DNA of 64,000 bases from a virus (taxonomy: Duplodnaviria; Caudoviricetes). Both the position numbers and the translations under genes were made by a program. Every line of letters begins with the position of its first letter. The stretch's first letter is position 1. The notes under the pieces are model-generated. The model did not search any database, had not been told where the DNA came from, and worked only from the letters and a program-made list of their open reading frames with translations. Shown here one piece after another: positions 40,613 to 50,089 of the stretch. The stretch covers positions 3,973-67,972 of IMG/VR virus record IMGVR_UViG_3300034685_000067; one strand, given 5' to 3'.

Positions 40613-41744
40613 ATTATATACCATTTTCATCAATATGACAGATAGATGCAATTTCAATTGTAAATACTGCTTTGAAAAGGATATACATTCTTCTCATATA
40701 TTATCTCAAGATGCAGCAAAGAGTATAACTGAATTTGTAGGAAGATTATTAAATTCTCAATTTTATATATCGAATTACAATGGTATATTGATAAATTTCT
40801 TTGGTGGAGAACCAACTCTTAATCATATGGCCTTAAAATATATAGTTGACTATTTTAAACATAATGATAATATCTTCTTCTCCACTATAACTAATGGCTA
40901 CAAGATAAATATATTACAAGATATATTTAAAGATATCAAAGATTATATGATAAATAATGCATTCAAAACACATATTCAAATATCATATGATGGTTATCCT
41001 GTTCATGATATGACACGTCTTGATGTTAAAGGTAATCCAACTGGTGATATTATCTATAATAATATCAAAACAATGATAAGTGATGGTTATAATATCTCTA
41101 CTAAGTCAGTCATTACTCCAGATACATTTAAGTATATGCCAGAAGCCTATTTGGATATACGTAAACTATTGAATGATCATGGAAATTATTTTCCAACTAT
41201 AGATTATTATACTGAATATGAAAATGGTTATAAATTACAAGAACTTGAAGATGCTCTTTTAGAAATTGCTCCTTATGAAATAGATTACTTTAATCAATAT
41301 CATAAGTTCTTCTTTACATGGTTTGAACCAAATAATAATCATATCTGTGCTGCAGGTAAAGATGTAATAGGTATAGATACTAACTTAAATATATATCCAT
41401 GTGAAGGTTGTTTCTCTAATAATAAAGGGGAACATTTAATAGGAACTATCTTTGAAAAAGATATAATAGATAAATTAATTGAAAGAAAACATTATCATGA
41501 AGAGTTTGAATATAGGACCCCTGTTTGTGTAGATTGTGATACAACTACATGTTTTAAGTGTAATGTGATGAAATATAAAGTTTCATCCAAAAATGACTAT
41601 TTGAATAGATGGTATGATTATACCAATCAAGATTGGTTGTGCACATATTATAAGACAATAGGTAAGATTAAAAGAGCAGTTTTTAATCTTTTAAATAAAG
41701 GAGATGTGTATAATATTGGATCGAAATGTAGACTTGATTCTTAG
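40602..41744 (+). CDS. Radical SAM/SPASM protein, rSAM-3
   Basis: CNFNCKYC, FFGGEPTL, ISYDG; CAAG...YPC.GC...CVDC...CFKC...C. GGAG SD favours the ATG at 40602. Confidence 0.92.
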   Translation: MKDKLYTIFINMTDRCNFNCKYCFEKDIHSSHILSQDAAKSITEFVGRLLNSQFYISNYNGILINFFGGEPTLNHMALKYIVDYFKHNDNIFFSTITNGYKINILQDIFKDIKDYMINNAFKTHIQISYDGYPVHDMTRLDVKGNPTGDIIYNNIKTMISDGYNISTKSVITPDTFKYMPEAYLDIRKLLNDHGNYFPTIDYYTEYENGYKLQELEDALLEIAPYEIDYFNQYHKFFFTWFEPNNNHICAAGKDVIGIDTNLNIYPCEGCFSNNKGEHLIGTIFEKDIIDKLIERKHYHEEFEYRTPVCVDCDTTTCFKCNVMKYKVSSKNDYLNRWYDYTNQDWLCTYYKTIGKIKRAVFNLLNKGDVYNIGSKCRLDS

Positions 41745-42216
41745 AAAGATAGTATATCAATTGTCTCAAGATGATTTAGAAGGAGCATATGATACAGTAA
41801 ACAATAATGTACAATTATTAAATACAGTTGAACCATTCCTTACAGATATACTTTTAATTAGATTGTCTTTGATATTAAATAGAGTTGATAATATAAATAA
41901 TATATTTTCTAAGCTAATAGACATAATAAATACATATAGTCAACTAGATGATAAGACAAAAGAAGTATGGATAGATTTAATATTTTCTACTATTATAATA
42001 TTACTTAAACAAGATTTATCTGAAGAGCAAGAAGAACAACTATATGATGTTCTAATTTCAGATATATCCAATGAATATTACATTACTTTGGGCTTGAATT
42101 ATGCTAATAATAAAGATAATATAGATATAGATTCAGTAATAGATGCCCAAAATGAAGTATTATATGAATATATTAGAAATATGCTTAATTATTATTCTAA
42201 GTATAGGAGAGACTAA
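41704..42216 (+). CDS. Acidic all-helical hypothetical protein
   Basis: 170-aa ORF overlapping the rSAM-3 stop, immediately before the Cys-repeat gene. Confidence 0.55.
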   Translation: MCIILDRNVDLILRKIVYQLSQDDLEGAYDTVNNNVQLLNTVEPFLTDILLIRLSLILNRVDNINNIFSKLIDIINTYSQLDDKTKEVWIDLIFSTIIILLKQDLSEEQEEQLYDVLISDISNEYYITLGLNYANNKDNIDIDSVIDAQNEVLYEYIRNMLNYYSKYRRD

Positions 42217-42218
42217 AG

Positions 42219-42770
42219 ATGGGTACTTTAATTAGAAATATCACTCCACCATGTCCATCCAATTATGGTCCAGGTGGTGATGGACACCCATGTACCAGTA
42301 ATTTGACACCATGGACACAACCATCTGATCTTACCACTGCTACTATTCTAGCACAACATTTAAATGAACTTAGAGATGCTATTAGACGTGAACAAGCTAG
42401 ACGACAGATATCTCAAACAGATTTTGGTGCAAATGTTGCATCTTCTAATTTAATTACAGCAGCACATTGGTCTGCAATTAGAAATGCAATAAATACATTA
42501 AAAACATTTTCATGGTCATCATCTGTACCTACTACAGGTAATATCATACAAGCAGCACAAGCAAACGAATATAGAGCTAAAATAAATGATGCTGAAGACG
42601 ATTGTTTATGTCATTGCAATTACTGTACTTGTAATTGTAATTATTGTACTTGTAATTGCAATTACTGTACTTGTAATTGCAATTATTGTACATGTGTCTG
42701 TAATTATAGATGTACTTGTAATTGTAATTATTCTGATGCAAGGCTCAAATATGATATCTTATATATTTAA
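42219..42770 (+). CDS. Fibre-like protein with a C-terminal (CNYCTCN)n Cys-rich tract and a terminal S74 cleavage motif; candidate radical SAM substrate
   Basis: Three I.A.h.ne.R..I repeats, then 18 Cys in 43 aa, then SDARLKYDILYI-stop; AGGAG SD. Confidence 0.8.
   Translation: MGTLIRNITPPCPSNYGPGGDGHPCTSNLTPWTQPSDLTTATILAQHLNELRDAIRREQARRQISQTDFGANVASSNLITAAHWSAIRNAINTLKTFSWSSSVPTTGNIIQAAQANEYRAKINDAEDDCLCHCNYCTCNCNYCTCNCNYCTCNCNYCTCVCNYRCTCNCNYSDARLKYDILYI
42615..42731 (+). repeat. 21-bp tandem repeat (about 5.5 copies) encoding CNYCTCN
   Basis: TGYAATTAYTGTACTTGTAAT units varying mostly at synonymous positions; one N-to-V change and one Arg insertion. Confidence 0.95.
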
Positions 42771-42802
42771 TATGATTTTAATCAGATAAAACTGGAGTGA
42801 TA

Positions 42803-43093
42803 ATGATGAATGATGAAAATGATTTGGGCTTAAGTTTTATTACACAATTAAAACCATGTATTTTTAAATATAAGAACTGTAATGATAACAGAAAACATAT
42901 AGGATTTATAGCTCAAGATATCTTAAAGTTATTGCCAGAAAATGAATATGCTGTTATTATGAGAGATGAGAATGGATTCTATATGATTAATTATAGTGAA
43001 TTGATTGCACCACTTGTAAAAGCAGTTCAAGAATTAAATATAAAAGTACAAGAATTAGAAGAACAATTAAAAAGATATGGAGATGGTAAATAA
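42803..43093 (+). CDS. Stand-alone peptidase-S74/intramolecular-chaperone body lacking the SDxRLK motif
   Basis: LGLSFITQLKPCIFKYK...HIGFIAQDI...INYSELIAPLVKAVQEL plus coiled coil; own GGAG SD at 42794. Confidence 0.88.
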   Translation: MMNDENDLGLSFITQLKPCIFKYKNCNDNRKHIGFIAQDILKLLPENEYAVIMRDENGFYMINYSELIAPLVKAVQELNIKVQELEEQLKRYGDGK

Positions 43094-43815
43094 TGAGATT
43101 ACTATTTAATGTGGCTGATAGAGGAGATAAGTATGAGGTTATCAGTATAAATACAAATGAAATAGCCTATGCTGGTATGAGAGATGATATTTTAGAAGTA
43201 CCATCATGGGAAGTATATGAGACAGTAGCTAGGAATCTAAATGAAGGTAAAAAAGTATATATACCTAAATTATTAGATCAATTTTTGGATGTCTCTGATT
43301 TAGTAATAGAAGAATTGGATCCATTAGATACTGCTAAACAAACTGCTATAATAAAAGCAAGAGATATAATATATACTACCAGAATTAATAAGTTAGCTAT
43401 AGCAAAATTTTATAGATTTTTTATCCTAAGTCATTACTTTGCTGATAAAGGTATATTTATAACTGATGAAAACAGAGAAAGTAAATATCTGGAAGTTATT
43501 AATTCAGCAGCACAACTGACAGATCCAGAAGCATCTGAAGAAATGATTGCCAATCTTGAAGAGTATATTAATCTGTTAGATAATCTGGCTGAAATAAAGA
43601 ATATTTTAAAAGATTTAGATAAATTTATTGAATCAGTTAATGAAATAACATTAATATCAATGGAAGAATTGGAAGCTAGAGCAAGTTTACAGGGCACTTC
43701 AGAATCTCCTGTAGATCCATTATCAACTAAGATGGAAAATGAATTTGTAACTGAAGAGGAAGCTATTGATGCTGTAAACAATTTATATATAGCATTTGCT
43801 GATCAATATAAATAA
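43093..43815 (+). CDS. Hypothetical acidic protein, possibly fibre-assembly-like
   Basis: 240 aa with TAATG coupling to the S74 gene; LDTAKQTAI helix recalls fibre-assembly proteins (weak). Confidence 0.45.
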   Translation: MRLLFNVADRGDKYEVISINTNEIAYAGMRDDILEVPSWEVYETVARNLNEGKKVYIPKLLDQFLDVSDLVIEELDPLDTAKQTAIIKARDIIYTTRINKLAIAKFYRFFILSHYFADKGIFITDENRESKYLEVINSAAQLTDPEASEEMIANLEEYINLLDNLAEIKNILKDLDKFIESVNEITLISMEELEARASLQGTSESPVDPLSTKMENEFVTEEEAIDAVNNLYIAFADQYK

Positions 43816-43818
43816 TAT

Positions 43819-44553
43819 GTGATGACAGATGTTATTTCAAAATCTGTAGCTTTTATTATATATTGTTATGGCAAATATAAACTTATAAAAGATAACATAT
43901 CATATAATTTTGAGAGATATGCTAATAAGTATAATTATACTTTAATTATATCTGAACAAGAAAACAATTATAATTATCCATGGATTAAGCTTAATTCATT
44001 TAATCTTCTGGATAGTTATGATTGGGTGATAACATGTGATTTGGATGTATATATTTCACCCTCTTGTCCAGATATAATTAATTTATGTAATGAAAACAGT
44101 TTTAATCAAATTACCAATACATTGATGACAACATCCAGCTTATTTGTAATACATAAATCATTATTAAAATATAGATCATTGTTTTTAAATTATGTCCAGT
44201 TTATAGATAAATCTATAAAAGATAATTGTATAAAATGTATACCAGATTGTAACATGTCTGAGTATAGAGATGTAATAGATGAAGAATGTTGGCTTACAAG
44301 AATGCTATATTTAAATCAAATCAATAAACATACTATTAATATAAATATGTATACTACCAATAGAGATAATATATTACTTCCAGCAGATTGTTATAGATAT
44401 AATATGATTCATTTTAATAGTTACAATTATCATAATATATTAAACATAATACCTGAATTATTTAAATTGTTAGATAAGAAAGAAAAAGTAAATATATTAA
44501 ACAGATATATTTTAAACAAATGGGGTAATCAATATGCCCTCAGACAACTATAA
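43819..44553 (+). CDS. Putative GT-A glycosyltransferase
   Basis: YANKYNY...PWIKL...YDWVITCDLDVYI (DxD), DEECWL and MIHF. Confidence 0.7.
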   Translation: MMTDVISKSVAFIIYCYGKYKLIKDNISYNFERYANKYNYTLIISEQENNYNYPWIKLNSFNLLDSYDWVITCDLDVYISPSCPDIINLCNENSFNQITNTLMTTSSLFVIHKSLLKYRSLFLNYVQFIDKSIKDNCIKCIPDCNMSEYRDVIDEECWLTRMLYLNQINKHTININMYTTNRDNILLPADCYRYNMIHFNSYNYHNILNIIPELFKLLDKKEKVNILNRYILNKWGNQYALRQL

Positions 44554-45022
44554 TATAGATCAGTTTTTAGTAGGAAAACCATATCATCAAAAGTTAAATT
44601 TTAAAATATTTAAGCATTATGATCATTTCAATCATGACGCTTTTTTAACATGTGTAAGTAAAGGAATGCTGACTAATGATCAGCTAGACGAAATATTTAG
44701 TTATCTGGATGAGGATCAAAAACTGTTAATATCTGTTAAAAAGGGACAATATATAGAACATCCCAGAATAATACTTCTATATGAAAATCCTAAAGACTTT
44801 CATTCCCTTTTTGACACATATGTTTATTATCATACAGGATATTTTGACCCACATCCAAGATTATTTTATGAATGTATATTCTATAATAAGAAGATAATTT
44901 ATATTAACAAAGCTAATATTAAAGATGGTGGGTATTACAGATATTATGATGCTATTAATAATGGATTACAGAATGCTTGGCTTGATGATAATGATAAAAT
45001 AGTTAAAAATTTTACTAAGTAA
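44534..45022 (+). CDS. C-terminal half of a GT-B-like family member
   Basis: Aligns with the C-half of ORF 45498 (NPKDFHSLFDTY/NPSDLFSLFDTY; FDPHPRLFYEC..YNKKIIY/FDYSPRMLIEA..FGKKIIY). Confidence 0.65.
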   Translation: MPSDNYNIDQFLVGKPYHQKLNFKIFKHYDHFNHDAFLTCVSKGMLTNDQLDEIFSYLDEDQKLLISVKKGQYIEHPRIILLYENPKDFHSLFDTYVYYHTGYFDPHPRLFYECIFYNKKIIYINKANIKDGGYYRYYDAINNGLQNAWLDDNDKIVKNFTK

Positions 45023-45043
45023 AAACATAAGGATCTGATTATA

Positions 45044-45511
45044 TTGTCAATATTTATTAAATCAGATATAAATGCAGTTATACATGTTATCTTACCATTT
45101 ATAAATGGTGGATTATTTGATGCTTTTGAATACTATACAAGCATATATGACAACAATAAAGAAATATATTTGATATTGATATTTAATCCATCTTTTAATT
45201 ATAATTTAAATAATATAAATATTACAAACATACAAACATTGTTTAATGATAAATATATGTTATCTTCAGATATATTTGATAATGTAATATTTCTCAAAAG
45301 ACCAAGTCAGCTTATTAGATACCAATTTAATAAAGTTTTGATACTGGATAATCATACGTTATATTATATCAAGGATGTGCTGAATGCTCAGGAATATCAT
45401 GTTATAATAGATCCTTTTATACCATCAAAAACAGATTATCATCAATTAAGTAAATTTAATAATTATCACTTATATTCTGAATTGTTATTATATAATAATG
45501 GAGATAACTAA
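45044..45511 (+). CDS. N-terminal half of a GT-B-like family member
   Basis: INAVIHVILPFINGGLFDAFEYY aligns with MNAVIHYFL...FINGSFFYILDYY of ORF 45498. Confidence 0.65.
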   Translation: MSIFIKSDINAVIHVILPFINGGLFDAFEYYTSIYDNNKEIYLILIFNPSFNYNLNNINITNIQTLFNDKYMLSSDIFDNVIFLKRPSQLIRYQFNKVLILDNHTLYYIKDVLNAQEYHVIIDPFIPSKTDYHQLSKFNNYHLYSELLLYNNGDN

Positions 45512-46433
45512 TAAAATGAATGCTGTTATTCATTATTTCTTAAATGCAGATAATTTTATTAATGGTTCTTTTTTCTATATCTTAGATTACTATCTATATT
45601 TGGTCAATGAATGTAAAAAAGACATGTATTTTATAGGTATGTCTGATGATGACTATCGTCCATTTATATTTGATATTATATCTAAACGTTATGATATACC
45701 TATAATACAAAATAAATATTTATGGATATCATTAGCTGGATTAGAAAGAACATCAGATATGTGTTTAAATTTAACAAAATTATTATATAAGTTAGTTTCA
45801 TATAGAATAACTAAATGTTTACTAAATATTGAAACATTACAACTACTTAATGGTATAATGCCAGCCAGATTAGTAGCTATTCAGGGTACACATAATACTG
45901 AGATTATAAAAGATAAAATAGATTTATCTTATAATCATTATATATTGTTTGAAGAAAGTGATAATTATGTTAAAAAATTATATTTACAAAGAATTAAATA
46001 TAATGGTTATTGTTCAAACAATAATACTGGCTTTATTAATTTAAAGGGATTGAGATATATAAGTGAAGATCAGTTTGAGGAGTATATCCAACCTCATTTA
46101 AGTCAGTTAAATAAACTATATGTATTTGGTGATAAGAATCTAAGGTCTAATTATGATTATTTACTAAAATATGATAAAATAGAGATGATTTATGATAACC
46201 CATCAGATCTCTTTAGTTTATTTGATACCTATATAGACATGACATTGAATACATTTGATTATAGTCCAAGAATGCTAATTGAAGCAGTGTGGTTTGGTAA
46301 GAAAATAATTTATATTGATAATGGTAGAGAAGATGGAGCTAAGAGAAGATACAATGATATTATGAATAATAATATTGATAAGTATATATTAGCCCAGAAT
46401 GATGATATAGTTAACTTATTTATTAAAGAATAA
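45498..46433 (+). CDS. Divergent GT-B-like protein
   Basis: N-terminal NG loop; C-terminal D..P..LIEA...GKKII resembles the GT4 E-x7-E/G.PVI motif. Confidence 0.55.
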   Translation: MEITNKMNAVIHYFLNADNFINGSFFYILDYYLYLVNECKKDMYFIGMSDDDYRPFIFDIISKRYDIPIIQNKYLWISLAGLERTSDMCLNLTKLLYKLVSYRITKCLLNIETLQLLNGIMPARLVAIQGTHNTEIIKDKIDLSYNHYILFEESDNYVKKLYLQRIKYNGYCSNNNTGFINLKGLRYISEDQFEEYIQPHLSQLNKLYVFGDKNLRSNYDYLLKYDKIEMIYDNPSDLFSLFDTYIDMTLNTFDYSPRMLIEAVWFGKKIIYIDNGREDGAKRRYNDIMNNNIDKYILAQNDDIVNLFIKE

Positions 46434-46443
46434 GGGAGACATC

Positions 46444-47313
46444 ATGTTTAATATATATGTTTATACAGCACCCTTTTCTGGTGGAACTACATTTGATTAT
46501 ATTGATTTGTTTTGTAATATATCAACAATTGCAGATGTTGATTTTAAGCTATTTGTAGAAGCTTATTATGTTTGTGATTTTATATCAGATATAAAAAATT
46601 CATATAATTCAAATTTTATAAATAGAATACTAAAGCATATGTGTATTATTAAAGATCCAAATGAGATTTCATCTATTATTCTTAATTCTAATAATTTTAA
46701 TATAGCATTTATACATTTTTCAATATTGCAAAGATATCTTGATAAACAAATAATAGAAAGATATAAAAAAATATATATAATGTCTTCATGGAGAATGATA
46801 AGAAAATTTTTATATGATGATGATGTATCCCCCTCTTATAATTATGATAATATAAAAATACTAGCTTCACCATTTTTTAAAAAGTTTTTAATACAAAAGA
46901 ATATACCTTTGACTAAATATCAGTTACATTATTCTAAACTATCCTCATATAGATTAGACAATATTAAACTAGGGTATGATGGTGTATTTTCTGATTATGA
47001 AAATTATTCTATATGCAGACATACAAATAAAAATTTTAATATTCATAACTTTGGTAAATTATTCTATACTAGAAGAAGTGATATATTATATCTAGAATTA
47101 AAAGCTAAAACTTTATTTGAATTTTTATACTTTAATAAGCCAGTATATTATTCATCAAAAAATAAAGTAATGGATGATGGATTAACAGACTACTTGAAAT
47201 TATTTAATGTTGATGATAATATATCTCAAGAACTATATATACCATCTTCTGAAGTGTATGAAAAACTTATTAAGTTTGATGAATCAGATTTAAATAATAT
47301 ATTAAACAGTTAG
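46444..47313 (+). CDS. Divergent GT-B-like protein (same family)
   Basis: FSGGTTFDYIDL; ELKAKTLFEFLYFNKPVYY...DDGL..YL.LFNVDDN shared with ORF 53671. Confidence 0.5.
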   Translation: MFNIYVYTAPFSGGTTFDYIDLFCNISTIADVDFKLFVEAYYVCDFISDIKNSYNSNFINRILKHMCIIKDPNEISSIILNSNNFNIAFIHFSILQRYLDKQIIERYKKIYIMSSWRMIRKFLYDDDVSPSYNYDNIKILASPFFKKFLIQKNIPLTKYQLHYSKLSSYRLDNIKLGYDGVFSDYENYSICRHTNKNFNIHNFGKLFYTRRSDILYLELKAKTLFEFLYFNKPVYYSSKNKVMDDGLTDYLKLFNVDDNISQELYIPSSEVYEKLIKFDESDLNNILNS

Positions 47314-47315
47314 AG

Positions 47316-48329
47316 GTGAGTATTATTAACATATATCTATTATATAATTGTGCAGACCCAACATTACGTTGCAGTGATTTTCTATTCATGGATCTTGCCA
47401 AAAATTACCCATCTAATAATTATATAATAATTCCATCAGACTATTCATATCAAAAATTATATCCTTGGACTGGTTATGATGATATCTATAAACAACATTA
47501 TAACCTAGAGTATAAATTTAACTATTATAATCCAGATGAAATGTCTATTATTGACAGTATAATATTTTCTAATGCTCTTCCATATATTGTAACCAACAAT
47601 ATACCTATCAATAATGTTATCATATTAGATGATGGTACATTAGAACGTCTTTATTTTATTAATGATCGTACTAAATTAGAGTTGTATTTAAATTATATAA
47701 AAAACAATCTAATAATTATTGGAAATAAAAACTTTTACAACATCATAAAGGACAAGTATAACATAAAGAATATTATACAATCTGAGTTCAAAATTGATTT
47801 TAGCAGGTTAAATAATATTGTACCAACATCTAACTATAATTGCATGAGTGCCATGGAGAATGAAGATTGTATACCATACATAGATGCTATACTTAACTCA
47901 GGCACAATAAAATGTGATACATTATATCTCACAGATAGATATTTCAAAGTATCAGATATGAAACAACTTAAGATTATAAAACTATATGCTGATTTAAAAA
48001 TGAATAAACGTGTTAAGTTAATTGAGTCAAAATATTTACAATCAAATATAGAACAATGCTATGCTTATGTGTATTTCAGATATGATTCTGAATATAGCTT
48101 CATGGTGAGATCTGTATGGGAATTCTTCTATACAGACAGATACATGTATTGGATGAGAAAAAACAATCAAACAAATGACCTTGATGGGTTTAATTATTAT
48201 ATAAAGTATGTCACAAACAAATCAAGTGAAGAATATTCCAATAAATTATTTACTGTTGACAAGAGATTAATTGAAGATAAAATGCAATTAGATCCAAATA
48301 GTTATTTCTTAGGAGAATACTTAAAATGA
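47316..48329 (+). CDS. Divergent GT-B-like protein (same family)
   Basis: FKIDFSRL; RSVWEFFYTDRYMYW...DLDGFNYYI matches the family C-terminal motif. Confidence 0.45.
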   Translation: MSIINIYLLYNCADPTLRCSDFLFMDLAKNYPSNNYIIIPSDYSYQKLYPWTGYDDIYKQHYNLEYKFNYYNPDEMSIIDSIIFSNALPYIVTNNIPINNVIILDDGTLERLYFINDRTKLELYLNYIKNNLIIIGNKNFYNIIKDKYNIKNIIQSEFKIDFSRLNNIVPTSNYNCMSAMENEDCIPYIDAILNSGTIKCDTLYLTDRYFKVSDMKQLKIIKLYADLKMNKRVKLIESKYLQSNIEQCYAYVYFRYDSEYSFMVRSVWEFFYTDRYMYWMRKNNQTNDLDGFNYYIKYVTNKSSEEYSNKLFTVDKRLIEDKMQLDPNSYFLGEYLK

Positions 48330-49213
48330 AAGTGTATAATATAGGTATATTATTAACAAGACAATGTAATCAGCATTGCTATTACTGTGATGTATATAAA
48401 CAATATAATAATGAACAAATAGAAGTTGATTTGGATTATTTACAGTATGTAATATCTTTGTATGGTAATATACCATTACATATAGAGATATCTGGTGGTG
48501 AACCTGGACTTGTAAATAATTTTGAAGAAATTGTCACTAAATTACTATCCAGAAAAAATATTATTAAAATGTCTTTACTGAGTAATGGCTTATGTAGAAA
48601 GAAATACAATATTCTTGAATTATTTGGCAAAAAATTAAATTACTATCAGGAACATAGTATGTTGGACATAGTTGGTACTGACTGTTTGTATTTTGAGCCA
48701 GAAAATGAGATATTAGAAGATTGGATGGAACAGACAATAGTGTTGACAGATACAACTTTAAATTCATTGTTAAATAATTTTGAATATTTTGAGTCTATAG
48801 ATTTCTTTAAATCAAACAGATATTTTAAGAGTATAACACCCAAGAAAGAAACTTTAAAAGCTGATATAGATAAGTTATTATTATTCTTTAATAAAATAAA
48901 ACAATATAATACCTTATATCTATATGGAGAAATGCACCAATATTTACCAAGAACAGATACCAGATCTTTATGTGCCCAATATTCATATAATCCATTTATA
49001 GATGTAGATGCTAAAAAGTTGAGACACTGCAGTATGCAGGTTGATAAGTCTGCTTCTTATGATATAACGCCAGAAAATATACAATTATCTTTAAATGGAA
49101 AATTGTTTAAATATCAGCCATATTGTAGTATATGTTATAAATATTCTGCAAACAGCCCCAAGTTTGCTATGAGTGCTATAAAAGATAAAGAATATTATAA
49201 CTTGGAGATATAA
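48326..49213 (+). CDS. Radical SAM protein with Twitch-like C-terminal cysteines, rSAM-4
   Basis: CNQHCYYC, SGGEPG, SNG; LC...HC...CSIC. Confidence 0.9.
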   Translation: MKVYNIGILLTRQCNQHCYYCDVYKQYNNEQIEVDLDYLQYVISLYGNIPLHIEISGGEPGLVNNFEEIVTKLLSRKNIIKMSLLSNGLCRKKYNILELFGKKLNYYQEHSMLDIVGTDCLYFEPENEILEDWMEQTIVLTDTTLNSLLNNFEYFESIDFFKSNRYFKSITPKKETLKADIDKLLLFFNKIKQYNTLYLYGEMHQYLPRTDTRSLCAQYSYNPFIDVDAKKLRHCSMQVDKSASYDITPENIQLSLNGKLFKYQPYCSICYKYSANSPKFAMSAIKDKEYYNLEI

Positions 49214-49215
49214 AA

Positions 49216-50085
49216 ATGCAAATGCAAAGATCTTTTCAGATATATTTAACCAACAAATGTCAATGGCATTGTTCTTATTGCCATATATGGAAGCTTCCAC
49301 AGCAATCATATCAAAAATATTTAATTGATATATATTTACCCAGATTGGTAGCACATTGCAAGCATACTAATGACAAGATTTTACTTATGGGTGGAGAAGT
49401 TGGTATGCTTAACTATGATGAGATGGATTATGTATTATCATTTATTAAAGAATCTGATGTTCCTGTTGAAATATATACTAATGGCCTTTTCCTAAAAAAG
49501 AATTATCATAAAATAAAAGGTATCAATTATACTTTCATATCATATCATATCTGTGAAGATATATTAAATGATAACACTCCAGATATATATGATTATTCAG
49601 ATCAGATACCAATTAAATATTGCATAGTTGTACATAAAAATAACTTACATAAATTAGATGATTTCCTTTCTTCACATAAACATTTGTCAAGTATAGAATT
49701 AAAATGTTATATTGCACATTCACAAACTGATGACAATATGAATCTATCTAAAGAAGATATTGATTATATTACAATGTTAAGCAATAAATATCCAAATATA
49801 GATCATGAATATATTTCAAGAGCGCAAAACACATTAAGTAATACATATAAACAGATGTGTTCTTCCATGTTGTATGTAACAAGATTAGATTTTGTTAAAG
49901 GTGAAATATATAAATGTGGTTGTGGTGTTACTGATTTATCACCATCTGTAGAATTAAACAATGATAACTTTGAAGATATAGTTGTTAATAGAAAAAATAT
50001 ATATCCAAAAGATGATATATGTTCATACTGTAACAGACCTTCTATAGTTGATATTAAAGAATATTTAAATTTGAGGAAACAATAA
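49216..50085 (+). CDS. Radical SAM protein (Twitch-like), rSAM-5
   Basis: CQWHCSYC, MGGEVG, YTNG; C...KCGC...CSYC. Confidence 0.9.
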   Translation: MQMQRSFQIYLTNKCQWHCSYCHIWKLPQQSYQKYLIDIYLPRLVAHCKHTNDKILLMGGEVGMLNYDEMDYVLSFIKESDVPVEIYTNGLFLKKNYHKIKGINYTFISYHICEDILNDNTPDIYDYSDQIPIKYCIVVHKNNLHKLDDFLSSHKHLSSIELKCYIAHSQTDDNMNLSKEDIDYITMLSNKYPNIDHEYISRAQNTLSNTYKQMCSSMLYVTRLDFVKGEIYKCGCGVTDLSPSVELNNDNFEDIVVNRKNIYPKDDICSYCNRPSIVDIKEYLNLRKQ

Positions 50086-50089
50086 TAAT

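Noticed and set aside
42586-42789. 67-aa hydrophobic VIAITVL-repeat ORF
   Set aside because: It is the +1 shadow of the CNYCTCN repeat. Variation between repeats is mostly synonymous in the Cys frame, and there is no SD.
42768-42802. Readthrough or programmed frameshift joining the Cys-repeat ORF to the S74 ORF
   Set aside because: Readthrough meets TGA at 42798, the S74 frame has TAA at 42779, two shifts would be needed, and the downstream gene has its own SD.
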